A stretch of 64,000 nt of DNA from Squalus acanthias. Lineage: Eukaryota. Positions 21,030-32,798 of the stretch are shown here, one piece after another. The notes under the pieces are model-generated. The model was not told where the DNA came from. It saw only the letters and a list, made by a program, of their open reading frames with translations, and ran no database searches. Position numbers and translations under genes: made by a program. Positions within the stretch are counted from its first letter, which is position 1; every line of letters begins with the position of its first letter. Location: positions 30,630,001 to 30,694,000 of the forward strand of contig CM059432.1 in NCBI GenBank assembly GCA_030390025.1, read 5' to 3'.

Positions 21030-23424
21030 ACATAAGGAACCAACTAGGAAACAGGTTATTTTACATCTAGTATTGTGCAATGAGAAAGGGTTAATTAATA
21101 ACCTTGTAGTAAAGGAGCCTTTAGGGAAGAGTGACCATAATATGATAGAATTTTATATTGAGTTTGAAAGTGATTCAGTTAAATCCGAACGAGGGTCTTA
21201 AATCTAAACAAAGCAAATTACGTAGGTATGAGGGGAAAGTTGGCTACAGTAGATTGGGAAACTACATTAAAAGGTATGACAGTAGACAAGCAATGGCTAG
21301 TATTTAAAGAATGAATACATAATTTACAACAAATATACATTCCTTTAAGGCACAAAAACCCCACAGGAAAAGTGGTCCAACCGTGGCTAACAAGAGAAGT
21401 TAAAGATAGCATTAGATCAAACGAAGAGCCTTATAATGTTGCAAAAAAGAGTAGTAAGCCTGAGGATTGGGAGGATTTTAGAATTCAGCAAAGGAGGACC
21501 AAGAAATTGATAAAGAAAGAGAAAATAGAATATGAGAGTAAACTAGCGAAAGACATAAAAACAGACTGTAAAAGCTTCTATAGGTATGTAAAAAGGAAAA
21601 GATTAGCGAAAGTAAATGTGGGTCCCTTACAGGCTGAGACAGGAGAAATTATAATGGGGAATAAGGAAATTGCAGAGAAATTAAACAAATACCCCCCTTT
21701 GTGTCTGTCTTCATGGAAGAAGACACAAAAAACTATCCCGGAAATCGTGGAGAACCAAGGCTCTAGTGAGAATGAGGAACTGAAAGAAATTAGTGTTAGT
21801 AAAAAAATAGTATTGGAGAAATTAATGGGACTGAAAGCCAATAAATCCCCTGGACCTGATGGCCTACATCCTAGGGTTTTGAAAGAGGTGGCTATAGAGA
21901 TAGTGGATGCATTAGTTGTCATTTTCCAAAATTCCATACATTCTGGAACAATTCCCGTGGATTGGAAGGTAGCAAATGTAACCCCACTATTTAAGAAAGG
22001 AGGGAGAGAGAAAACGGGGAACTACAGACCAGTTAGCCTGAAATCAGTAGAAGTGAAAATGCTGGAATCTATTATTAAGGACGTGGTAACAGGGCACTTA
22101 GAAAATAATAATAGGATTGGGCAGAGTCAACACAGATTTATGAAAGGGAAATCGTGTTTGACGAATCTGTTAGAGTTTTTTGAGGTTGTAACTAGCAGAA
22201 TGGATAAGGGGGATCCAGTGGATGTGGTGTATCTGGATTTTCAGAAGGCATTCGCGAAGGTGCCACACAAGAGGTTATTAAACAAAATTAGGGCTCATGG
22301 GATTGGGAGTAATATACTAGCATGGATTGAGGATTAATTAATGGACAGAAAAAAGAGAGTAGGAATAATTGGGTCATTTTCGGGTTGGCAGGCTGTAACT
22401 AGTGGGATACCACAAGCATCAGTGCTTGGACCTCAGCTATTCATAATCTACATCAATGATTTGGATGAGGGGATCAAATGTAATATATCCAAGTTTGCTG
22501 ATGATACAAAGCTAGGTGGGAATGTAAGTTGTGAGGAGGATGCAAGGAGGCTTCAATTGGATATAGACAGGCTAAGTGAGTGGGCAAGAACATGGCAAAT
22601 GGAATATAATGTGGAAAAATGTGAAGTTATCCACTTTGGTAGGAAAAATAGAAAAGCAGAGTATTTTTTAAATGGTGAGAGATTGGGAAATGTCGGTGTT
22701 CAGAGGGACCTGGGTGTCCATGTACATGAATCACTGAAAGTTAACATGCAGGTACAGCAAGCAATTACGAAAGCAAATGGTATGTTGGCCTTTATTACAA
22801 GAGGATTTGAGTATAAGAGTAAAGGCATCTTACTGCAATTATATACGGCCCTGGTGAGACCACACCTGGAGTATTGCGTACAGTTTTGGTCTCCTTACCT
22901 AAGGAAGGATATACTTGCCATAGAGGGAGTGCAACGAAGGTTCACCAGACTGATTCCTGGGATGAGGAAATTGTCCTATGAGGAGGGATTGAGTAGACTA
23001 GGCCTATATTCTTTAGAGTTTAGAAGAATGAGAGGTGATCTCATTGAAACATACAAAATTCTTACAGGGCTTGACAGGGTAGATGCAGGGAGGATGTTTC
23101 CCCTGGCTGGGGAGTCTAGAACCAGGGGTCACAGTCTCAAACTAAGGGGTCGGCCATTTAGGACTGAGTTGAGGAGAAATTTCTTCACTCAGAGGGTGTT
23201 GAATCTTTGAAATTCTCTACCCCAGAGGGCTATGGAGGCTCAGTCGTTGAGTATATTCAATACAGAGAGCGATAGATTTTTGAATATTAAGGGAATCAAG
23301 GGATATGAGGATAGTTCAGGAGAGTGGAGTTGAGGTAGAAGATCAACCATGATCTTATTAAATGGCAGAGCAGGCTCAAAGGGCCAAATAGTCTACTCCA
23401 GCTCCTATTTCTTATGTTCTTATG
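21030..23424 (+). mobile_element. 5'-truncated CR1 LINE, ORF2 with a few stops
   Basis: ORFs 21372-22337 and 22341-23210 carry RT motifs. CR1 3' UTR ends TTCTTATGTTCTTATG. Confidence 0.92.
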
Positions 23425-23709
23425 ATCTCTTCTCTAAAGGGAGGAGCAGAGGTTTTACAAGCAGCTACCAAAATAATGACAAACTCTCCTTAGCAGCAGC
23501 AAATAATATCCAATTCAGCTTAGTATGCACTTAATTAGAGCACTTCGCCACAAAGAAGTACAATTTATGGCCTTAAAGAAACAGGTCAAGCTAAGCACAG
23601 CTCCATGTTGCTGTCTGAGAGCTTTCCTCATGATAGTCCCTTTATATGTATTGAAGATGTCAATTTTGTGATCCTATGAAATAGTCTCCTCATAATGATC
23701 TAATTCATA

Positions 23710-24210
23710 GCATAGAATAGAATCATACAGCATAGAAGAAGGCCATTCGGCCCATCGTGCCTGTACCGGCTCTTTGAAAGTGCTATCCAATTAGCCCTAC
23801 TCCCCTGCTCTTTCTCCACAGCCCTGCAAATTTTTCCTTTTCATTTATATAGCCAATTCCCTTTATCAAGGCAGTGCATTCCAGATCATAACAATTCGCT
23901 GCGTAAAAAAACCATTTCCGCATCTTCCCCCTCGGTTCTTTTACCAATTGTCTTAAATCTTGTCCTCCTGCCAGTGGAAACAGTTTTTCCAAATCTACTC
24001 TATCAAAATCCTTCATAATTTTGAACACCTCTATTAATTCTCCCCTTAACCTTCTCTGCTCAAAGGAGAACAATCCCTACACCCTTTCCAAAGTCTTGAC
24101 AAGCCTCCTAAAGTGTGGTGCCCAGAACTGAACACAATACTCCAGCTAAGGCCTAACTAGTGCTTTATAAAGGATTACCATAACTTCCTTGCTTTTGTAC
24201 TCTATGCCTC
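23710..24210 (-). mobile_element. CR1 3' fragment (different subfamily)
   Basis: FSFEQRRLRGELIEVFKIMK. Tail repeats at ~23705-23730. Confidence 0.8.
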
Positions 24211-25234
24211 ATTGCCTGGCATTTAGTAGTGTGAATGTTAGCTGTCTCTTGTTGGCCCAAGACTGGATGTTGACCAGGTCCTGCTTTGGGTTAGTATGAG
24301 CTGCTTCACTATCAGAGGACTCCTGAATGGAGATGGATAATGTGGAATCATTGGCAAGTGTAATGTATTTAGTATGAGCATGTTCAGTTCGCTCTGGCCT
24401 AGTAAACAAGCACTTAGACTAGCAACTCATTGTGTCTCTGTCCTTCATTTGTTCTACCCACAGATATTACATTTTGGTGATGAGAATGGGATCCCAAAGC
24501 CATTTTTAAGGATCATGGAAGGACACAGTGTTCAACCTTCGAGGGGAAAAGTTTAAGGTGAATTTGTGACACCTAAACTGAATTTTTGAGATGTTTTACT
24601 GTTAATGCTCATGCAGAATCATCTGTGCTTTGCCTTTACGTGTATGCATACACGGCAACAGTGGTGTTGATTCTCACAGGTACACAGATAGCATGCTGAG
24701 TCACTGTTTGACGGGATCGAGACAATCATGGCCGCGCCTACGGGATTCATTGGAAGCCTCGGCATGTATGACTGAGCTCGCAAACCAGTCAGTTCTCACA
24801 TTGAGCGGATGGAGATATTTTTTAGGGCCAATAACATTGTTGAGACCGAAGGTGCAGATGAGAATGTTCAAGCTCAAAATAAAGTAATTCGTGAACGGAA
24901 AAAAGCAATTTTTCTAACGGAGATCGGGCCAGCTGTCTATGGAAGCACGAAAGCATGTTCACAGACAGTTATGAAGGCATCACTGGGTATGACGTGCATA
25001 TCCACATCACATCCAACACGAAGTCTGTCTATTGTAAGGCAAGGCCAGTCCCCTATGCGTTGAAAAGTCAGGTGGAGGAAGAGCTAGAGAAACTCAGAGA
25101 GAACGGAATGCTAGTAGAAACTGACAAAAGTGAATGGGCTACCCCGATTGTGGTAGTGCCCAAAGCAGACAAAACTGTACGCTTGTGCGGTGACTACAAA
25201 GTTACTATCAACCAAGCAGTTGATGATGAGCAGT

Positions 25235-25453
25235 AAAAAGAAAAGAAAGACTTACATTTCTATAGTGCTTTTCACGACCACTGGACATCTCAAAGTGCTT
25301 TACAGCCAATGAAGTACTTTTGAAGTGGAGTCACTGTTGTAATTTAGGAAACGTGGCAGCCAACTTGCGCACAGCAAGGTCCCACAAACAGCAATGTGAT
25401 AATGACCAGATAATCTGTTTTTGTTATGTTGGTTGAGGGATAAATATTGGCCA
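25235..25453 (-). mobile_element. SINE family A 3' half inserted in the Gypsy RT
   Basis: Matches 3493-3710 and splits RT between DDEQ and YP-like codons. Confidence 0.85.
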
Positions 25454-27065
25454 CCCGTTATCTACATCCCACGATTTGTATGCAGCACTCTCTGAGTCAA
25501 AGGTTTTCTCCAAGCTTGACCTGTCGCATGCTCACGCTCAGCTGAATGTTAACAAAGAGAGTCAATAGTATCTCACTAACTACACACACAAGTGACTGTA
25601 CTCATACACCAAGTTGCTGTATGGTGTAAAGTCCTCCCCCAAAATCTTCCAGGCTACGATGGATAAGATTTTGCAATGAATTCCAAATTGCTTATGCAAT
25701 CAAGACGATGTGCTGATCGCAACAAGCAGCAAGGAAGATAATCTAGAAGTGTTAGATTTAGTGCCTCAAAGGTTGAATTCCCACAATGTCAAATTGAAAA
25801 GGAGCAAATGTGCTTTTGTGCAGCCCAAGGTTGTGCACCTTGGTCTGAAAGTTGATGCAAATGGCTTGCAACCAGTGAAAGAAAAGGTTAGATGCTGTCA
25901 TCAATGCTCCAAAGCCACGGAACATGTCTGAGTTAAGATCTTTCCTTGGAATGGTCCAGTACTATGTACGTTTCTTACTTGAGTTAGCGACCATGTTAGC
26001 TCCATTGCACGAGCTCATCAAGAAGGATGTCCAGTGGAAGTGGACAAAAGCACAACTGGAAGCTTACGATGCTTATAAGAGAAGTCTCTCTAGCAATGCT
26101 TTACTTGTGCACTACGACACAGAGCGTGAGCTTAAGTTAGAATGTGATGCTTCCAGTTAAGGTGTGGGAGCTGTTATAAGCCACAAAATGGATGACGGCC
26201 AAGAGAAACCAATCGAGTTCGCATCGCGAATCCTCACAAAGAGCGAAAGAAACTACATGCAAATTGAAAAGGAAGCACTCGCCATAGTGTTTGGAATCAA
26301 GAAATTTCAACAGTTCCTGAGCGGCAGAAAGTTTGCCCTGATAACCGATCACAAACCGTTCCTAGCAATATTGGAGCCCAAATCTGCCAACCCTGCAATG
26401 GCTGCATCAAGAATGCAATGTTGGGTAGTGTTGTTGTCACAATATGACTACGCGATTGAATATCGTACTTCAAAGCAAAACACAATTGAAGATGCCTTGT
26501 CCAGGTTGCCACATGAGGACTCGTGTTGGGAGTGAAGGTAAGATTTTCACACTAGGTGCAGTTGACAAAGACTTTCCCATGAATGCAACTGAGATTGAAA
26601 ATGAGACTCAAAAGGACTCAATACTGAAAAGAGTGTATGAAAACACCTTGAATGGATGGACTGATCAGTGTCTAGACACAGAGTTGAAACCATTACATAA
26701 CGGTCGTACTGAATTGTCTTGTGAGCAAGTTTGTATCAAGTGGGGAAACAGAGTGGTAGTACCTACTTCTTTGAGAGATAGAATTCTAGCTGAACTTCAT
26801 ACTGAACATCCAGGAATCATCAGTATGAAATCAATTGCAAGAAGCTTTGTTTATTGCCCTGGATTGGACAGTGAGCGTGAGTTACTTGTCAGCAAATACA
26901 GCGTTTGCTAAAATTGCAGAAACAAGCCACCCAAAACTCCACTACAACCCTGGTCACGGCCAAGTAGACCTTTTCAGAGAGTACATGTAGACTTCTTCGA
27001 GAAAGCAAATGATTATTTCCTGGCACTTGTAGATAGTCACTTAAAGTGGATTGAAGTGAAACACA

Positions 27066-29263
27066 TGTCCCGCGATTTCGCCATCGGAGACGGGATCATG
27101 GCAGGAAGGGTCGTTGGCAGGTCCTGGTCCCGCTCCTGGCTCCAGCCGCTCTGTGAAAATGATTTTACGTAGATTGGGCTTGTTAAACCCGTCCTGCGAG
27201 GTTCCCGGCCAATTAAAAGGAAGCGGGTCTGATGATGTCATTTGATGATGCGTCATCAGCCGGTCTCCTTAAAGGGACCATGGCCACATTCATTTTGACG
27301 GTTGTTCTGTCAGTGTTCTGCAGCAGGAGCTGCAAACACTGACAATCACTGCACAGAGGTGCACAGCTGCACCCAGGCTCTCCCATGATTCCCTCCATAT
27401 GCTTATGGAGAGAGTCACAGCACACAGAAAGGTTCTCTTCCCTTCCAATGGGCGGAAGAGACCTCCCCAGGACACCAACGCAGCCTGCTTGCACATTGCA
27501 CAGGAGGGCAAAAGCAGGGATGTCGTCAGGAGGACCAGGCTGCAGTGGTGCAAACCTTTCATTGATCTCAGTAGATCATGAAACGTTACTGCAAATCCAT
27601 ACCCAACCTCATCCTGCTGTGCCACTCATCACATCCCCATCACTCTGTCTTCCCTTCAGTACTCCTGCACATCCTTACTCACACCAACTTACCTTGCACC
27701 TCCACCCATCCCTCTCTATCTACATTATCACTTCCCCATCTCAGTAGCCACCCCTCATACTCACCCTCATCCTAGTGCAATCATACCAACTAACAACACA
27801 CAAGGGTAGGCACTTGGGTGTTTTATGCAATGTTCATGTAAATTTTCTGTTAATGTGTTGTCAGACATTGAAATCTTTATTTTCAACACTTTGCCTTATT
27901 GGACAGATCTGTGCTCACCTTTGGATGTGTCTTAGTGAGTTGCAGTAAATATTGAGACATAACTTCTCCCCACTCCCTCCCCGCCCCAATGGCAATGAGT
28001 GTGAAAGGACGGCTTGGACATTTTAGGGATGCTTTATGATGCTGGTGTGGGGTGCTGTCAACCTGGCGCATCATGTGGCAGCCAGGGTGTGCAGTGTCAA
28101 GTGAAGTAAATTTGACCACGGTGAGGCCATCGCTGGCCTCCCGGGCGGTAATGTGGTCGGGTGCTGATTCCCTGTGTCCTGTGTAGCATCAGGTGGTTGC
28201 GGAGATTGTTGGTGTTGTTGTTGGTGATATTGGTGTTGGGGCTGATCATGGAGGGATTCTGAGGACCAAGGTGAGATTTTTTAAGGGCAGCGATGTTGCT
28301 GGAATAGATGGCAGCTGAAGTTGAGATGACAGAAGCGATTTGTCAAGCGATTTGTCAAGCGATGGAGAGTTTCCTCCAAATAACTTCCAAACTGCAACCA
28401 GCTCAAAAGTGTCTTCCAAGTCCTGAAGGCTCAAGCATCTGACATTGGAAAGTGAACAGCTGTGAAATGGTAGCTTTTATACTACTTTTGCAGCTGTCAC
28501 CTATTCACAGCAATGTGGAGACATAGAGAACCCGACCTACTTACCTGACGTGATCTCCGAATGACATGAACCTCGTTAAAAAAGTGGTAAAATATAAATA
28601 GGCTAGCAAAATAGTAGTTAACAAGCATTTTACAAGCATTTAACTATCTTAAATGCCTCCCCCGCCGCTTGGTGTCGGGTCTGTTCTGAAATCGCAGGCA
28701 ATGCCGGGGCGTGATCGGCAGCGCTCCGCAGAGGCTCCACGGAGTGCTGCTGCATTTCAACGCCCCTCCCCTTCAGTTAAAGCGGAGGGCCATTGCGGAC
28801 TCTGCAGGGCCTCTGATGGCCCACATTAGGCCACGAGCGCGGCGTGGTGCCGCGGCCGCAGCCCGGCACCGAGATGCGGTGCCGGGCTGCATGATGGTGG
28901 CTAGGACCACACCACGGCCAAAAAAAGAAAATGGCAGCGTGGGTCACGTCCGCACCTCCCCTTTAAATACCACTCTGCGAGTGGCGGTTGGCCCGGTTTG
29001 CGACCCGCGAGGTTGGCGCTGACATTGCCCTTGGCAGCTTCGCGGGGCACAGCTGAATTTCTGCCGCGGGGCAGTAAGGGGTCACGGTGCACGGCGATGA
29101 TGTCATCGCCGGTGGCGCAGCGGCTCGGGGCGCGATGCTATTGAGTAGTGCCTCAGCAACGCCCCACTTTTTCACCCCCGCCCTGGGCAATAAGCTGTTT
29201 GCGCCCCATTAGCGCCCCCTGGAGGTACTAACAGCAGGTGCAAAAGAGCCAAATTTCTCGCCC
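27066..29263. mobile_element. Harbinger-derived segment(s) with a Myb/SANT remnant, replacing the Gypsy 3' region
   Basis: ORF 27399-27581 LMERVTAHRKVLFPSNGRK...VVRRTRLQWCKPFIDLSRS is homologous to the 19984-20232 protein. TIR-like end AAATTTCTCGCCC at 29263. Confidence 0.65.
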
Positions 29264-29344
29264 ATTGTGTCTCTGTCCTTCATTTGTTCTACCCACATAT
29301 ATACAGCAAGCAGCCCCATTCTTGACCTTATGAGAAAAGAAAAA

Positions 29345-29785
29345 AAAGCAACCACTTGACATCCCAAAGTGCTTTACAGCCAATGAAGTACTTTTTGAAA
29401 TGTAGTCACTGTTGTAATGTAGGAAACGTGGCAGCCAATTTCCATACAGCATGCTCTCACAAACAGCAATGTGATAATGACCAGATAATCTGTTTTGGTG
29501 ATTTTGATTAAGGGATAAATATTGGCCAGGACACCAGGGATAACTCCCCTACTCTTCTTTGAAATAATGCCATGGGATCTTTTACATCCACCTGAGAGAG
29601 CAGACAGGGCCTCAGTTTAAAGTCTCATCTGAAAGACAACACCTCTGACCATGCTAGCACTCCCTCAGTACTGCACTGGAGTGTCAGCCTAGATTTTTTG
29701 TGCTCAAGTCTCATGGAGTGGGACTTAAACCCATTACCTTCTGACTCTAGAGGCAAAGGTGCTACCTACTGAGCCACAGCTGACA
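29345..29785 (-). mobile_element. SINE family A, near full length
   Basis: Colinear with 3493-3964, including the tRNA-like head. Confidence 0.85.
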
Positions 29786-29786
29786 C

Positions 29787-30445
29787 CAGCTTGATGGAGG
29801 GAAGGTCATTGTAATGGAGCAGCTGAAGGTGGTTGGGCTGCAGATGCTTACCTGAGGACCTCCTGCTGTAATGTCCTAGGGCTGTGATGATTGGCCTCCA
29901 ACATCCATGACCATCTTCATTTATGTCAGGCATGACTCCAGCCACTGGCAGGTTTTTCATTTGACCCCCATTGACCTCAGTTTTGCTAGGGCTCCTAGGT
30001 GCCATATGCAGTTGAATGCTGCCTTGAAGTCAAAGGCAGTTACTCTCACTTCTGCTCTGGCATTATACTCTTGACTCTGACATGGCTGGAGAGGAACTTT
30101 CCAGAGTTTTTTTTCTCTTATTGGCACTGTTTTTCCCCCGTTTTTTTCCTCCCCAAGGAGATTACATGGCTGCCGGGGAGGGGGGGTGGGGTAGCGTTGG
30201 GGGAGGGCGGATTAGGAAGTGTCTTCTGTCATCATGAGTGTCGGGTAGGCTTGGTGGACCAGCTGGTCTTTTCCTGCCTGTCATTTTCTCTAAAGCTGCT
30301 TGGTTCTGAGCATTGGTGAGCATGTTATTTGTGAGTCTGTGTTGATGTTTTCATTGATGAATACTTCTACCACTTTGCTGATTATTGCAAGGAGGCTAAA
30401 AGGGTAATACTTGGCCAGGTTAAATTTGTCTTGCTGTTTGTCAAT
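29787..30445 (-). mobile_element. LINE-B RT fragments, interrupted by a CR1-like 3' end at ~30060-30290
   Basis: Similar to 1990-2490. Continues the LINE-B piece at 24210-24358 and 29311-29332 that hosts the Gypsy element. Confidence 0.7.
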
Positions 30446-30983
30446 AGCAAACCTTTGCACCAATGTTCCCTTTAAGCTGCTTGGCCACGCAGCTCTCGGG
30501 ACCTCCTGCACAGCCGGCTCACTGGCTTTCCAATGTGAATAACCGTGCATGCACGGTATCTTGAATGGGCCATGCAGCCCCTTAAAAGGGCCGCGCAACC
30601 AAAAAAAAAGTAAGAGGGAACATTGTTGTCTTGGGAATGTATTCGGCATTTGGTCCCATGACTTATGGATACAGGAGACCGCATTCACTCTGTATTCTTC
30701 CTCCTGCCATACCTGCTGCTCTATTAGGACGAATCCTCTCTACCCCAAAATAGCCACTTCTTCCAGTTGAAACTCTTCAGTGAAGGTAGCAGCTCTTTCA
30801 GCTCTTCCACCCACCTTCTTTATCTAGCAGGCAGTCTCCGTCCAAAATTGTGCAGCATGTTCCCCTTATATGGCAACTGCTGCTGTACTGAATTCACTGT
30901 CTCACTTTCCCTATTGAATGACCTCCTGGCGACATGCCTGATCCAGTATATCATTTCCAGTGGCAGGTCCAATCTAAGATAAT

Positions 30984-32798
30984 GGGAGGAATTTTAACTT
31001 AAAAAAACAGGTTATTAATGACTTAGATGATGGCATAGAAAGCCATATATCCAAATTTGCCGATGACACAAAGATAGATGGCATTGTAGGCAGTGTAGTT
31101 GAAAGCTTAAAATTACAAAGGGATATCGACAGATTAAGTGAATGGGCAAAACTGTGACAAATGGATTTCAATGTAGGCAAATGCGAGGTCATCCACTTTG
31201 GACCAAAAAAGGATAGAACAGGGTACTTTCTAAATGGTAAAAAGCTAAAAAAAAACAGTGGATGTCCAAAGAGACTTGGGGGTTCAGGTACCTAAAATGT
31301 CATAATAGGTACAGAAAATAATCAAAAAGGCTAATGGAATGCTGGCCTTTATATCTAGAGGACTAGAATACAAGGGGGTAGAAGTTATGCTGCAGCTATA
31401 CAAAGCCCTGGTTAGACCACACCTGGAGTACTGTGAGCAGTTCCGGGCACCACACCTAAGGAAGGATATATTGGCTTTGGAGGGAGTGCAGCGTAGGTTT
31501 ACCAGAATGATAACCAGACTTCAAGGGTTAATTTACGAGGAGGGATTACACAAATTAGGGTTGTATTCCCTAGAATTTAGAAGGTTAAGGGGTGATCTGA
31601 TCGAAGTTTTCAGGATAATAAGGGGAACAGATAGGGTAGAGATGGTTGGGGATTCTAGGGGGCATAGTCTAAAAATTAGAGCCAGACCGTTCAGGAGTGA
31701 AATTAGGAAACACTTCTACACACAAAGAGTGGTAGAAGTTTGGAACTCTCTTCCGCAAATGGCAATTGATGCTTGATCAATTGTTAATTTTAAATCAGAG
31801 ATTGATAGCTTTTTGTTAACCAAAGATATTAAGGGATATGTGCCAAAGGCAGGTAAATGGAGTTAGAGCGCAGATCAGCATGATCTCATCGAATGACGGA
31901 ACAGGCTCGAGGGGCTGAATGGCCTACTCTTGTTCCTGGGTTCCTATGTTGGGGGCGTGTGGGTAGTTAAAGTGTTAAAAATCTGAATCCCAACCTGAAC
32001 CCGCCTCCAACCCACCCACTTCTGGTTTTATCGGGGGCGGGCTGCCAGGAGGCGGGTCGTCTATTTAAATATTATAATGAGGCTGGAAGCCTCTGCTTTA
32101 ACCTGCATTTTGTATTTAACTTTAACTGGTCAGGTTTTGCAGGCCTCGTGAAACCCGCCAGCTAAAGCAAGGCGAGGACAGCTGGATCCAGGAGGTAAGT
32201 GCCTTTAGACTAATCTCCTGAATCCAGAATCCCTGCCTAACCCAACCCCGTGATCAGAGACTCCCCCCCGGGCCTCCGATCCCCTCATGGGGCCTTCTCC
32301 CCCTGCTCCTCTGGCCGCTCCACAGCCCACAATCTTCTGGCGACCCAACCCCTGATCCTCTGGCCAGCCTGCGATCACGATCTTCTGGAGACCGCCTCCT
32401 TTGCTCCTCCAGCCTGCCTGGGATCATGATCTTGTGGACCTCACCCCGCTCCAGCCTGCAATCACGATCTTATTGACCCCCCCCCCATCCTGTTCTCCTC
32501 CCAGCCACGATCTTTCATCAACTCCCCCCCCCCCGCCCCAACCCCACATTTCTCCTCCGGCTGCTACCGGCCCCCTCGCGATCCTTCCCTCTCTCCTCTG
32601 TGCGGCCTAGTGCTGCAGGCCTACCTGCCCGGAGCCAGCCAGCCTGCCAATCTGGCTGGCTGCGGGTGAGAAACAGAGGCTTCTCATGCAAATCAGACCC
32701 TGCCGTTAAACCCATTCTCCCGGGTTTCTCGACCACTTCGGAGACCCCCTTGCCCCCTCCCCCGCTCCCAACCCGTCTTCTCCATTAAAATTCAGCCT
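30984..32798. mobile_element. Harbinger-type MITE interrupted by a CR1 3' fragment
   Basis: Imperfect TIRs GGGAGGAATTTTAA / TTAAAATTCAGCCT. Body 31950-32798 is homologous to 39775-40070 plus 41702-42259. Confidence 0.65.
31010..31950 (+). mobile_element. CR1 3' fragment
   Basis: INDLD...KFADDTK, LVRPHLEYC, and a CR1 3' UTR. Confidence 0.9.

Larger units (their letters stand above)
24359..29305 (+). mobile_element. Decayed Gypsy/Ty3 LTR retrotransposon with 5-bp TSD GCAAG
   Basis: 5' LTR TGTAAT...ATTACA at 24359-24471, then PBS-like TTGGTGATGAG. gag (MEIFFRANNI), RT (ARPVPYAL, WATPIVVVPK, RLCGDYK), RNase H (CDASS, EKEALA, TDHKP) and integrase (HPGI, RVHVDF) remnants. 3' LTR end at 29264-29305. 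GCAAG at 24354-24358 and 29306-29310. Confidence 0.9.
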
